Of a stretch of DNA of 32,442 bases, positions 25,777 through 32,442 are shown piece by piece (the first letter of the stretch is position 1; every line of letters starts with the position of its first letter). The stretch comes from a virus (lineage: Duplodnaviria > Caudoviricetes), in the IMG/VR virus record IMGVR_UViG_3300030330_001942, positions 1-32,442 of that record; one strand, written 5' to 3'. The translations under genes were made by a program, and so were the position numbers. The notes beneath the pieces are model-generated. The model was given only the letters and a program-made list of their open reading frames with translations. It was not told the DNA's origin and made no database searches.

Positions 25777-26532
25777 GTGCTAGGTCAACACGATTCTAGA
25801 TTCTTAACTTACAACAAGCGTAACAGACAATACGAAATCTACAACAAACAATTGTGGACTAAACACAAAGGCGTTTGGTTTTCCAAACCTAATGTGCTGC
25901 AAGAGAATGTCGTAGCAGTTTATGGTACGCTCAAAAAAGGTGGAGGCAATCACAGATATTTGTATGGACAAAGATTTGTGGGCAAAGGTACAACAAGAGA
26001 TAAATACCCATTAGTAATTAATGGGTTACCTTACTTGTTGGACAATCCATTAGCAGCAGATTCACACCACGTTGAAGTCGAAGTATACAAAGTATCTCAA
26101 CAAGCTTTTGATGATATTGATATGCTAGAGGGACACCCAACTTTTTACAAGCGTAGGCGTTTACCTATCAAGCTTAACAGCGGTACGATAATCAGTGCTT
26201 GGGTTTATTTTATAAACAGAGACACAACTTATGACCAGTTAAAGAAAATGAAATCACACAAAAGTTTTCCGATACAGAAGTCAGTGTTTAGAATGCCAAA
26301 ATATTCTAAACCAAATTATCAGAGGTACACGTACGAGCCGAACACTAGGTATCATCAACAGCAATCATTGTTCTCATCACTATCGTTAATACACGATAAG
26401 GAAGATGATAACACAAAGTATTGTCAGATATGCTTGGAAGAAGTTACGTTTGACCCAACTGAAATCAGCAACAAAAATTATCATTGCAGTGTGTGTAATG
26501 AAATGTATTCAGAGCAAGAGGTTACTAGCTAA
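25777..26532 (+). CDS. In-frame continuation: GATase end, gamma-glutamylcyclotransferase (AIG2-like) domain and C-terminal Zn ribbon
   Basis: W...GVWFS, then VAVYGTLKKG, VEVEVY, IDMLEGHP..YKR and AWVYF. CQIC...CSVC at the end. Same frame as 25417. Confidence 0.8.
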   Translation: MLGQHDSRFLTYNKRNRQYEIYNKQLWTKHKGVWFSKPNVLQENVVAVYGTLKKGGGNHRYLYGQRFVGKGTTRDKYPLVINGLPYLLDNPLAADSHHVEVEVYKVSQQAFDDIDMLEGHPTFYKRRRLPIKLNSGTIISAWVYFINRDTTYDQLKKMKSHKSFPIQKSVFRMPKYSKPNYQRYTYEPNTRYHQQQSLFSSLSLIHDKEDDNTKYCQICLEEVTFDPTEISNKNYHCSVCNEMYSEQEVTS

Positions 26533-26570
26533 CCTCTGCTTTGTTTACATTGAACTTTAAATTTAAAACT

Positions 26571-26798
26571 ATGAAACCGAAACTTAAAAATTTATTTGAA
26601 TGGCTGGAAGAAGATATAAAATTCGGCCACGATTCAGAGGACAACAAAGAGGCAACTCTTAATACTGTTCAACGAATTAAACAGCAAGTCGAAGAACTTG
26701 AAAACAACCAAATGGACTACACGCAAGCAGCGATAGACTTTATATTCTTACTGATGTTAGGGTTTATCTTCTACATTGTGATGTGGATATTTTATTAA
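26571..26798 (+). CDS. Small protein with C-terminal TM helix
   Basis: ATG at 26571. Ends FIFLLMLGFIFYIVMWIFY. Confidence 0.65.
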   Translation: MKPKLKNLFEWLEEDIKFGHDSEDNKEATLNTVQRIKQQVEELENNQMDYTQAAIDFIFLLMLGFIFYIVMWIFY

Positions 26799-26813
26799 TT
26801 AAAACAAACAATT

Positions 26814-27023
26814 ATGAAAACAGATTTTGTATGGACTGATGAGGCAGTCAAGTCATTTACGCAAGTATATTCCTCAAACTTTAATAGCAAGTGGGTACAC
26901 TTTAAAGTAGACCCTAACAATTACTGGGGGAAGAAACTCAACGTAAAGTTAGAACAATTTAAACTAGATTATAAACCAAAAAAAACAGTATGGCACGTAA
27001 AGATAAAAATGGAGTCTGCATAG
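26814..27023 (+). CDS. Hypothetical protein
   Basis: 69 aa with an A-rich leader. Confidence 0.65.
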   Translation: MKTDFVWTDEAVKSFTQVYSSNFNSKWVHFKVDPNNYWGKKLNVKLEQFKLDYKPKKTVWHVKIKMESA

Positions 27024-27238
27024 TGGAAGGCGAAGGTTACACCTTGGTAATGGATTATGAATACTATTACAATGATATGTCTCACGACAGATTACAACCA
27101 CCCGAAGAAGAACTCACAATAAAAAAAGTAGAACTCAACAACGTAGAGATTACAGATTTCTATTGGGAATTCTTAGACAATCACGAAAGCGTTTTTTATA
27201 GTAAAGCGTTAGAGCAAGCACGAGCAGACAACGATTAG
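26990..27238 (+). CDS. Hypothetical acidic protein
   Basis: 82 aa with QPPEEE...I..VELNNVEITD. Confidence 0.65.
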   Translation: MARKDKNGVCIVEGEGYTLVMDYEYYYNDMSHDRLQPPEEELTIKKVELNNVEITDFYWEFLDNHESVFYSKALEQARADND

Positions 27239-27254
27239 TCGCTTACGACCAATC
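27233..27254. promoter_or_regulatory. Palindromic site GATTAGTCG-CTTA-CGACCAATC
   Basis: Third copy of the motif. It contains the TAG stop of the upstream gene and ends about 20 bp before a promoter. Confidence 0.6.
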
Positions 27255-27273
27255 TGAAAAAGGTACAATGAAA

Positions 27274-27305
27274 TTTGGCTATGTCTAAATATTGTTGTAC
27301 CTTTG
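27274..27305 (+). promoter_or_regulatory. Bacteroidota housekeeping-sigma promoter
   Basis: TTTG - 20 bp - TACCTTTG. It is 33/39 identical to the 25319-25357 promoter. Confidence 0.8.
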
Positions 27306-27331
27306 TCTATTATTAACCAATCAAATTAACT

Positions 27332-27580
27332 ATGTACACTAGAATAGACTTACACCATTTTTGCAATTTGCTAGCTTCAAGAGAAACAGAGATTCAAATG
27401 ACGAAAGACTTTAAATACTACAAGCGTAACAAAGAGAGAATTGATAAAGAATGGAAACTATACAGAAAAACAATACACAAAACATGGTATGATTTCTTTT
27501 GCCACATGGCAGAACAATGCAGCCCAAAGACCAGCTCACGTATGCAGGTAATGAATAGCATCTTAAACAAAGTTAAGTAA
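27332..27580 (+). CDS. Hypothetical protein
   Basis: 82 aa ORF directly after a promoter. Confidence 0.65.
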   Translation: MYTRIDLHHFCNLLASRETEIQMTKDFKYYKRNKERIDKEWKLYRKTIHKTWYDFFCHMAEQCSPKTSSRMQVMNSILNKVK

Positions 27581-27807
27581 TGCATCACGTGGCCAAAGAG
27601 TTGAGGGTTCGGCAGCTCCTTGCAAAAAAATATTCTGAGCGAACCATTGAACTAGATAATTACTTTCCATACAGCGGTAAGGAAGAAAAAGTAAATCTCA
27701 AAATTGCTTATCTTATGGAAAAAGAGCGGAGGTATAAATCTAAATTTGCAAGAGGAATTAAAAATGATATGTCAAAATATAAATTTAAAACAAATGAGAA
27801 ACAATAA
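27580..27807 (+). CDS. Hypothetical basic protein
   Basis: 75 aa, TAATG-coupled to the upstream gene. Confidence 0.65.
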   Translation: MHHVAKELRVRQLLAKKYSERTIELDNYFPYSGKEEKVNLKIAYLMEKERRYKSKFARGIKNDMSKYKFKTNEKQ

Positions 27808-27892
27808 AAAATACGAGGACAATATGAAGTTTTTAGCTTTATCATATGCGGGACTAATAATAACTTTAATCTGTATAATGATATGGAACTAA
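27794..27892 (+). CDS. 32-aa membrane microprotein
   Basis: MRNNKKYEDNMKFLALSYAGLIITLICIMIWN. It fills the gap between neighbours. Confidence 0.5.
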   Translation: MRNNKKYEDNMKFLALSYAGLIITLICIMIWN

Positions 27893-28092
27893 ACAGAAAA
27901 GCAGAAATAATAACCGAACGCTTGATATTAAAACGCAGAGTAAAATATCTGGAGCGTCAATTAAAAAAATATAAAACAGACAGCATAAGCAGGGAGGAGC
28001 GTAGAAAAAAATTTAACATCACCTCCATCAGCAAAGTAAAAGTAGGAGGCCATTGGTATTTCAAAGGCACTGAAATTTTAGCTTGTCAATAA
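27883..28092 (+). CDS. Hypothetical basic protein
   Basis: 69 aa ORF in the operon. Confidence 0.55.
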   Translation: MELNRKAEIITERLILKRRVKYLERQLKKYKTDSISREERRKKFNITSISKVKVGGHWYFKGTEILACQ

Positions 28093-28130
28093 TTTATACT
28101 ATCTTTACACAACCTTTAAACTTTTATTAT

Positions 28131-28523
28131 ATGAAAAAACAACACAGACTACTTAACGCAGAAATATTACTGGAAAAATCGCATAAGACTCCACGTAAAA
28201 AAGTTATACAAAAACTACAACAAGCACTAGACAAAGACAAAATTACCCTGACAACTTTCAGGGCAACTGGTCAGCTTATGACTATGGATACATACAAAGG
28301 TATGTTCCGCCAACACGATTTAAGTGTCGTGGATTTAGGATTTAAGCTGCTGCCTAACGCAACTGAAGTACTTAGGTATGCGGGTGGATTTATTATACAG
28401 CTGCTGCCTGAAAAACATTATGCTCTAAATTATCATAAAGAATTAGAAGTTAGTCTAGACTTAAAAAATTTAGAGAAAAAAATATTTGAAGATATGGGTC
28501 AGGATATGCTGCTAAACTTTTAG
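28131..28523 (+). CDS. Hypothetical protein
   Basis: ATG at 28131 is preferred. Contains TTFRATG and VLRYAGGFIIQ. A TATCTTTA element lies at 28100-28107. Confidence 0.7.
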   Translation: MKKQHRLLNAEILLEKSHKTPRKKVIQKLQQALDKDKITLTTFRATGQLMTMDTYKGMFRQHDLSVVDLGFKLLPNATEVLRYAGGFIIQLLPEKHYALNYHKELEVSLDLKNLEKKIFEDMGQDMLLNF

Positions 28524-28524
28524 T

Positions 28525-28806
28525 ATGGAGCATAGCAAATACTACTGGGAAAAAGATAGAAACATTTCAACTACAATACCCGAAGACAATAGAGTTCCTC
28601 ATTACTACATAGGCGATACAGAACGCCAGGGGAAATACCAGGCCAGGTACGTGGTCGATGATTTTCATTGTACGTACCACGTGGGAAACGCTGTAACTTA
28701 CTGTTTACGTGCAAAGTACAAGCACGATAGTGAAATAGAATGTTTACAAAAAGCGATAGCCCATCTAACTTTTGAAATAGAAAGGTTGCAAAAAAAACTG
28801 AAATAA
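28525..28806 (+). CDS. DUF3310 (T7 gp1.7-like) protein
   Basis: PHYY.G...YHVGNAVTYCLRA..K...CLQKAIAHL.FEI pattern. Confidence 0.75.
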   Translation: MEHSKYYWEKDRNISTTIPEDNRVPHYYIGDTERQGKYQARYVVDDFHCTYHVGNAVTYCLRAKYKHDSEIECLQKAIAHLTFEIERLQKKLK

Positions 28807-28838
28807 TTTGCACAAGAAATAAACATTTCATATATTTA
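28807..28838 (+). promoter_or_regulatory. Probable promoter (TTTG - 20 bp - TATATTTA)
   Basis: Same spacing as the other plus-strand promoters, with a variant -7 box. Confidence 0.55.
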
Positions 28839-28927
28839 CACCGAGTGTTTTCATAATTCAAAGGGGGTAGCGGTTTGACAAAGCACCCCTTTGTTTTTGA
28901 GACGAACAATAACTTAAATTTTTTAAA

Positions 28928-29179
28928 ATGGCAAACAATACTAATCCAATTAATAATGAGATTTTCGACAGTTATAGACTTGAAGTCGAAAAAATTCACA
29001 AAGCAATAAGACTATTAGCAAGACAAGGATATACCGTGATTGACTTAGAAGGTCAAGTAATAACTAAATGGAATGTTGAAAGCGGCAACTATCCAAACAT
29101 TAGCTATAACAGAGCAACAGACAAAGTATACTTAACAAACAAACAAAATGAAAAACACAAACAAACCGAGGAAAGTTAA
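28928..29179 (+). CDS. Hypothetical protein
   Basis: 83 aa with KAIRLLARQGYTVIDLEG. Confidence 0.7.
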   Translation: MANNTNPINNEIFDSYRLEVEKIHKAIRLLARQGYTVIDLEGQVITKWNVESGNYPNISYNRATDKVYLTNKQNEKHKQTEES

Positions 29180-29303
29180 AACAATACATGATATTTTATA
29201 CAACTTAAACCTCCACGCAAACGAACTAAAAAAAACTCTCGAGGAGCAAAAGAAGTGGGAGAAATTAATTAAAAAAAATTCAAATGAAAGAACCTATATT
29301 TAA
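29148..29303 (+). CDS. 51-aa hypothetical protein
   Basis: Not in the track: MKNTNKPRKVKTIHDILYNL..., bridging 29179-29284. Confidence 0.45.
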   Translation: MKNTNKPRKVKTIHDILYNLNLHANELKKTLEEQKKWEKLIKKNSNERTYI

Positions 29304-29586
29304 TCAACTAGCAGAGAACGTATGCTCTTTGTATGATATTACAAAAGAAAAGCTATTCACCAAAACCAAAGAGAGAAAGGTGGTAGATGCTAGACATATA
29401 CTTTATTTTGGTTGTATGTCAAGACAAATCAGACTCAATTACATTCAAGACTATCTTAAAAAAAACGGATACCGAGTTAGTCATTCTTCTATACTACACG
29501 GTATTGATGTGGTAAAACAAAAAAGAGAACAAGACCAAGATTATGTTACCATCACAGATAGAATACAAGAATGTGTTACACTTTAG
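29284..29586 (+). CDS. Stand-alone DnaA C-terminal (domain IV)-like HTH protein
   Basis: VCSLYDIT.E.LF.KTKERKVVDARHILYF...SHSSILHG matches the R....AR...HSTV.H pattern of DnaA domain IV. Confidence 0.7.
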   Translation: MKEPIFNQLAENVCSLYDITKEKLFTKTKERKVVDARHILYFGCMSRQIRLNYIQDYLKKNGYRVSHSSILHGIDVVKQKREQDQDYVTITDRIQECVTL

Positions 29587-29987
29587 AGGAAGTATTTAAT
29601 CAAGCAAAAGCAGATGAGTTTTCAGCTGTGTTAGACGGAGACGAATTTGAAGCGAGGTTGTTGTGTGGTATTAGAATAGAACAAAACAAATCTACACTAA
29701 GCACCATAATTCATAACACAACAATAGGCGGAGATTTTTACCAAGAGATTACCAAAGACCAGTATGATATTTTCTTTCAAAAAGGTTGGCGGTATGCAGT
29801 TTTTGTCTTATCTTTGTCTAACTATCGTAGAAAGCTTTTGATGATTGAAGAAAAGATTAAGACAGAAGTAAACACGAGAAAGAACGCCAAGCATATTATG
29901 AATCTCAAAGCAGCGAGAGAAAGAATTATGAAGTCGTTTAGTAAAGTAAGTAAAAAGTTAAATCAAATCAAACAAACAAATGAGTAA
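29571..29987 (+). CDS. Hypothetical protein
   Basis: 138 aa ORF overlapping both neighbours. Confidence 0.65.
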   Translation: MCYTLEEVFNQAKADEFSAVLDGDEFEARLLCGIRIEQNKSTLSTIIHNTTIGGDFYQEITKDQYDIFFQKGWRYAVFVLSLSNYRRKLLMIEEKIKTEVNTRKNAKHIMNLKAARERIMKSFSKVSKKLNQIKQTNE

Positions 29988-30534
29988 ATTAAAAACAGTA
30001 AACATTCAAGGTAAGGACTATGTAATGGTTCACGACCGATTAAAACATTTCAGAGAAACCTACCAACACAAGTACGGTCTGGTTACAACGGTGTTAGAAA
30101 AAACAAGTACAACAATATTAGTTCAAGCATCTATCATAGAAAAAGAATCTGGCTTTACCGTAGCAACGGGTCTCGCTTTTGAGGAGGCAGCATCTAACTT
30201 TATTAATAAAGGCAGCTATGTAGAGAACGCAGAGACAAGTGCCTGGGGTAGAGCGTTAGGTTGTTTTGGTATTGGAATAGATAGCGGAGTAGCCAGCTAT
30301 GAAGAAACTGCTAACTATAAATTAAACGACAAAAAAGTTACTGTCAAAGTACAAGATGTAGATATACCCGCCTTCCTAAAATGGGTATCTACACTGTCAA
30401 AAGAGGACAAAAACATGGAGTATATTATTAAGTTCTTGAAGGAAAACAAATATAATATTACAGAAAAAGTTGAACAAACAATACAAAAAGCAATCAAAGA
30501 TGGAACAAGCACTACAAAAACTAAAAAACGATAA
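29980..30534 (+). CDS. Putative single-strand annealing protein (Rad52/ERF-like)
   Basis: NIQGKDYVMVHDRL...YVENAETSAWGRALGCFGIG, directly upstream of an exonuclease. Confidence 0.65.
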   Translation: MSKLKTVNIQGKDYVMVHDRLKHFRETYQHKYGLVTTVLEKTSTTILVQASIIEKESGFTVATGLAFEEAASNFINKGSYVENAETSAWGRALGCFGIGIDSGVASYEETANYKLNDKKVTVKVQDVDIPAFLKWVSTLSKEDKNMEYIIKFLKENKYNITEKVEQTIQKAIKDGTSTTKTKKR

Positions 30535-31234
30535 GGACTATTACGGAAAGTATGGTAGAAAATATCTATCTAATTCGGATATTAGCAGCTTATTAAATAA
30601 CCCACAAGACTTTCAAAAAGAAAGACCCGATAATAAAAACTTTTTGTTTGGCAGATATTTTCATCAATTGATTTTAGAGCCAGAAAAAACAAAAGATTGG
30701 GAATTTGTTGATGCAAGCAGTAGGTCAACAAAACTTTACAAGGAAACTTTGTATGCAAACAAAGAAGAAGTTATGTTGCTAAAAAAAGAAATGGAATTAG
30801 CTGTGCAGCTGAAAGAAACTATGCTCAGTAATTTTGATTTTGCTATGCCTATATATCGAACTGGTAACGAGTTTGAACAGCCAGCTGTAAAAAAGATTTA
30901 CAATACAATGTGGAAAGGTAAGGCAGATATTGTAACAGATGAATTTGTTATTGACATAAAAAGCACGTCAGATATTTCTCGTTTCAAATGGTCTGCACGT
31001 GCCTACAATTACGATTCACAAGCGTATATATATCAAGAATTGTTTGGCAAGCCGTTAATCTTTTTTGTTATAGACAAAGAAACAAAATGCTTAGGTAAGT
31101 TTACTTGTTCTGCTAGTTTTTTAGAAAGCGGAGAAGACAAAGTAGCACGGGCTGTTGATGTTTATAATAAATATTATAACCCAGAAACTAAGTATGAAGA
31201 AGTTGAACAATATTATGTAACAGAAGAATTGTAA
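30500..31234 (+). CDS. RecE/Exo VIII-like PD-(D/E)XK exonuclease (DUF3799)
   Basis: LSNSDI, FGRYFHQLILEP, KGKAD...IDIKST and YNYDSQAYIY. ATG at 30500 is preferred. Confidence 0.85.
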   Translation: MEQALQKLKNDKDYYGKYGRKYLSNSDISSLLNNPQDFQKERPDNKNFLFGRYFHQLILEPEKTKDWEFVDASSRSTKLYKETLYANKEEVMLLKKEMELAVQLKETMLSNFDFAMPIYRTGNEFEQPAVKKIYNTMWKGKADIVTDEFVIDIKSTSDISRFKWSARAYNYDSQAYIYQELFGKPLIFFVIDKETKCLGKFTCSASFLESGEDKVARAVDVYNKYYNPETKYEEVEQYYVTEEL

Positions 31235-31366
31235 ATGAAGAAAAGAAAATTAAACTCCAGAAACCCTAAGTATCAAAAACAAGATACGAAACAAATAAAA
31301 AAAACAACTAAAAAATTAATTTGTGAAACAAAAAATTGTAAAGTTTATGCGGTATTTGAGGAGTAG
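31235..31366 (+). CDS. 43-aa basic microprotein
   Basis: Not in the track: MKKRKLNSRNPKYQK...CKVYAVFEE, starting immediately after the upstream stop. Confidence 0.5.
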   Translation: MKKRKLNSRNPKYQKQDTKQIKKTTKKLICETKNCKVYAVFEE

Positions 31367-31544
31367 ATTACCTCAAAGAACGCCACCGAAAACTATTATG
31401 TGGATAAGAGTTCCAATGTCCGTTAATAGTAAAGTCGAAAAAGAAGATTTAATTTTTGAGACTATGAATCATTTGGAACGAACTATTAAAATTAAAAAAA
31501 ATGTCAGAATTCAAGCACAACCCGAACAAAGGGAATTTATTTAA
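31347..31544 (+). CDS. Hypothetical protein
   Basis: MRYLRSRLPQRTPPKTIMWIRVP. The start is uncertain (31323 or 31347). Confidence 0.55.
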   Translation: MRYLRSRLPQRTPPKTIMWIRVPMSVNSKVEKEDLIFETMNHLERTIKIKKNVRIQAQPEQREFI

Positions 31545-31779
31545 AAACAAGTATAAAAAAGAGGGAAGTAAAGAGCCAGATTACAAAGGCACATTAGCGA
31601 TGCCAGATGGCAAGCAGATGGAATTAGCAGGTTGGATTAATGAAAGGACAAATGAAGAAGGAAAAAAAGAAAAATATTTTGGTTTGTCTTTAAGTGAGCC
31701 GTATGAAAAACCAGCTGAAGAAAAAGAAGAACCTGTTGTAGCTGCGGAACCTGTAAAAGATGATACACTACCTTTTTAA
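31501..31779 (+). CDS. SSB-like protein (DUF736-like) with acidic tail
   Basis: LFKN...PDYKG...LAGW...YFGLSLS and C-terminal DDTLPF. Confidence 0.7.
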   Translation: MSEFKHNPNKGNLFKNKYKKEGSKEPDYKGTLAMPDGKQMELAGWINERTNEEGKKEKYFGLSLSEPYEKPAEEKEEPVVAAEPVKDDTLPF

Positions 31780-31794
31780 TCCTGTAATAAATGT

Positions 31795-31824
31795 AAAAAG
31801 AGAGTCTTTTATGGCTCTTTTTTT
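31795..31824 (+). terminator. Intrinsic terminator, possibly bidirectional
   Basis: AAAAAGAGAGTC-TTTTAT-GGCTCTTTTTTT. Confidence 0.75.
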
Positions 31825-31834
31825 ATGTTTTGTC

Positions 31835-32005
31835 TATGTCGATATGACAATTTTTTGATAATTATATAGGACTAATGAATTTTTATATTATATTTATTAC
31901 TTTCTTTTTCAAAACGTGATAATAAACGACATAATCGACATAACAACTGATAATCAACAACTTATAGAAAACAAACCGACATATAATCGACATACAATCA
32001 ACATA
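31835..32005. repeat. Iteron-like CGACATA array with IHF-consensus site, copy B (candidate replication origin)
   Basis: Inverted TATGTCGA at 31835, an AT-rich spacer, CGACATA at 31927, 31936, 31977 and 31988, and CAACATA at 31999. AATCAACAACTTA at 31952-31964. It abuts the primase ATG. Confidence 0.8.
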
Positions 32006-32007
32006 TT

Positions 32008-32442
32008 ATGACACACACTATAACCATATTCCAGAACATTAAAGAAACTACAACTCCTTTTCACCGAGATTGCTTTACCATATTAGAAAGAATAAAGGAC
32101 GGCTCATCAAAAGATTTAGTCAAGAGAATAAGGCAAGAAAAAGATAAGAGTAAAAGGAATGAAATAAAAAAATTACTACCAGCTGTTTGCTTTTCTGGGA
32201 CATTTACAAAAAGACAAGATGCTAGTTTGTTGGAGCATAGCGGATTGATTTGTTTGGACTTTGATGGATATAATAAAGTAAAAGACATGCTCAAAGACAA
32301 AGACATGCTTACTAAAAATAAATATGTTTTTTCTGTTTTCATATCTCCGTCAGGCAACGGCCTGAAAGTTTTAGTAAAAATACCAAGAGATAAAGAAAAT
32401 CACACAAGATACTTTCAATCTCTTGACAAGTATTTTAACTCA
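32008..32442 (+). CDS. Primase, BT4734/VirE N-terminal-like domain (runs off the window)
   Basis: Not in the track: MTHTITIFQNIK...KKLLPAVCFSGTF..R...HSGLICLDFD...FISPSGNGLKVLVKIP. Confidence 0.85.
   Translation, partial: MTHTITIFQNIKETTTPFHRDCFTILERIKDGSSKDLVKRIRQEKDKSKRNEIKKLLPAVCFSGTFTKRQDASLLEHSGLICLDFDGYNKVKDMLKDKDMLTKNKYVFSVFISPSGNGLKVLVKIPRDKENHTRYFQSLDKYFNS

Noticed and set aside
22681-32357. Minus-strand track ORFs in the right arm (22681, 22900, 23866, 28571, 30315, 32061)
   Set aside because: They are antisense to plus-strand genes. 32061..32357 shadows the primase.
1-32442. Alternative genetic code (TGA=Trp or TAG=Gln, as in some crAss-like phages)
   Set aside because: Long genes are intact under the standard code, TGA and TAG serve as real stops, and only one interrupted frame was found.
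1-32442. tRNA, rRNA, integrase, transposase, intron or intein
   Set aside because: None was recognisable by eye. TerL, portal and GroEL have ordinary lengths without apparent insertions.

Overview
A 32.4 kb piece of a tailed dsDNA phage genome. The host is most likely a Bacteroidota (flavobacterium-like) cell, judged from TAnnTTTG/TTTG promoters and A-rich starts without Shine-Dalgarno sites. The left two thirds (1-21953) are almost all on the minus strand. Reading up the coordinates, they hold the major capsid protein (truncated), scaffold, portal, TerL, TerS, a tandem GroES-like protein and tail-fibre genes. Next come a lysis and envelope block (holin, M15 peptidase, predicted outer-membrane barrel, exported Cys-less thioredoxin fold), an array of 11 tiny, mostly Lys/Arg-rich ORFs, a divergent wHTH gene, and groES/groEL. 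A 620 bp non-coding strand switch, possibly the genome terminus, follows. The right third is a plus-strand early and replication arm: amidoligase, a hammerhead ribozyme candidate, a class II glutamine amidotransferase/gamma-glutamylcyclotransferase fusion split by one in-frame TGA, small ORFs, DUF3310, a DnaA domain IV-like protein, an annealase, a RecE-like exonuclease, an SSB-like protein and a primase N-terminus. Non-coding highlights are the hammerhead abutting a compact pseudoknot, two in-register copies of an iteron/IHF-site element 10,320 bp apart, four TRGTCG-N4-CGACCA palindromes, and no GATC found by visual scan. All protein calls come from motifs and gene context read by eye, with no database search.
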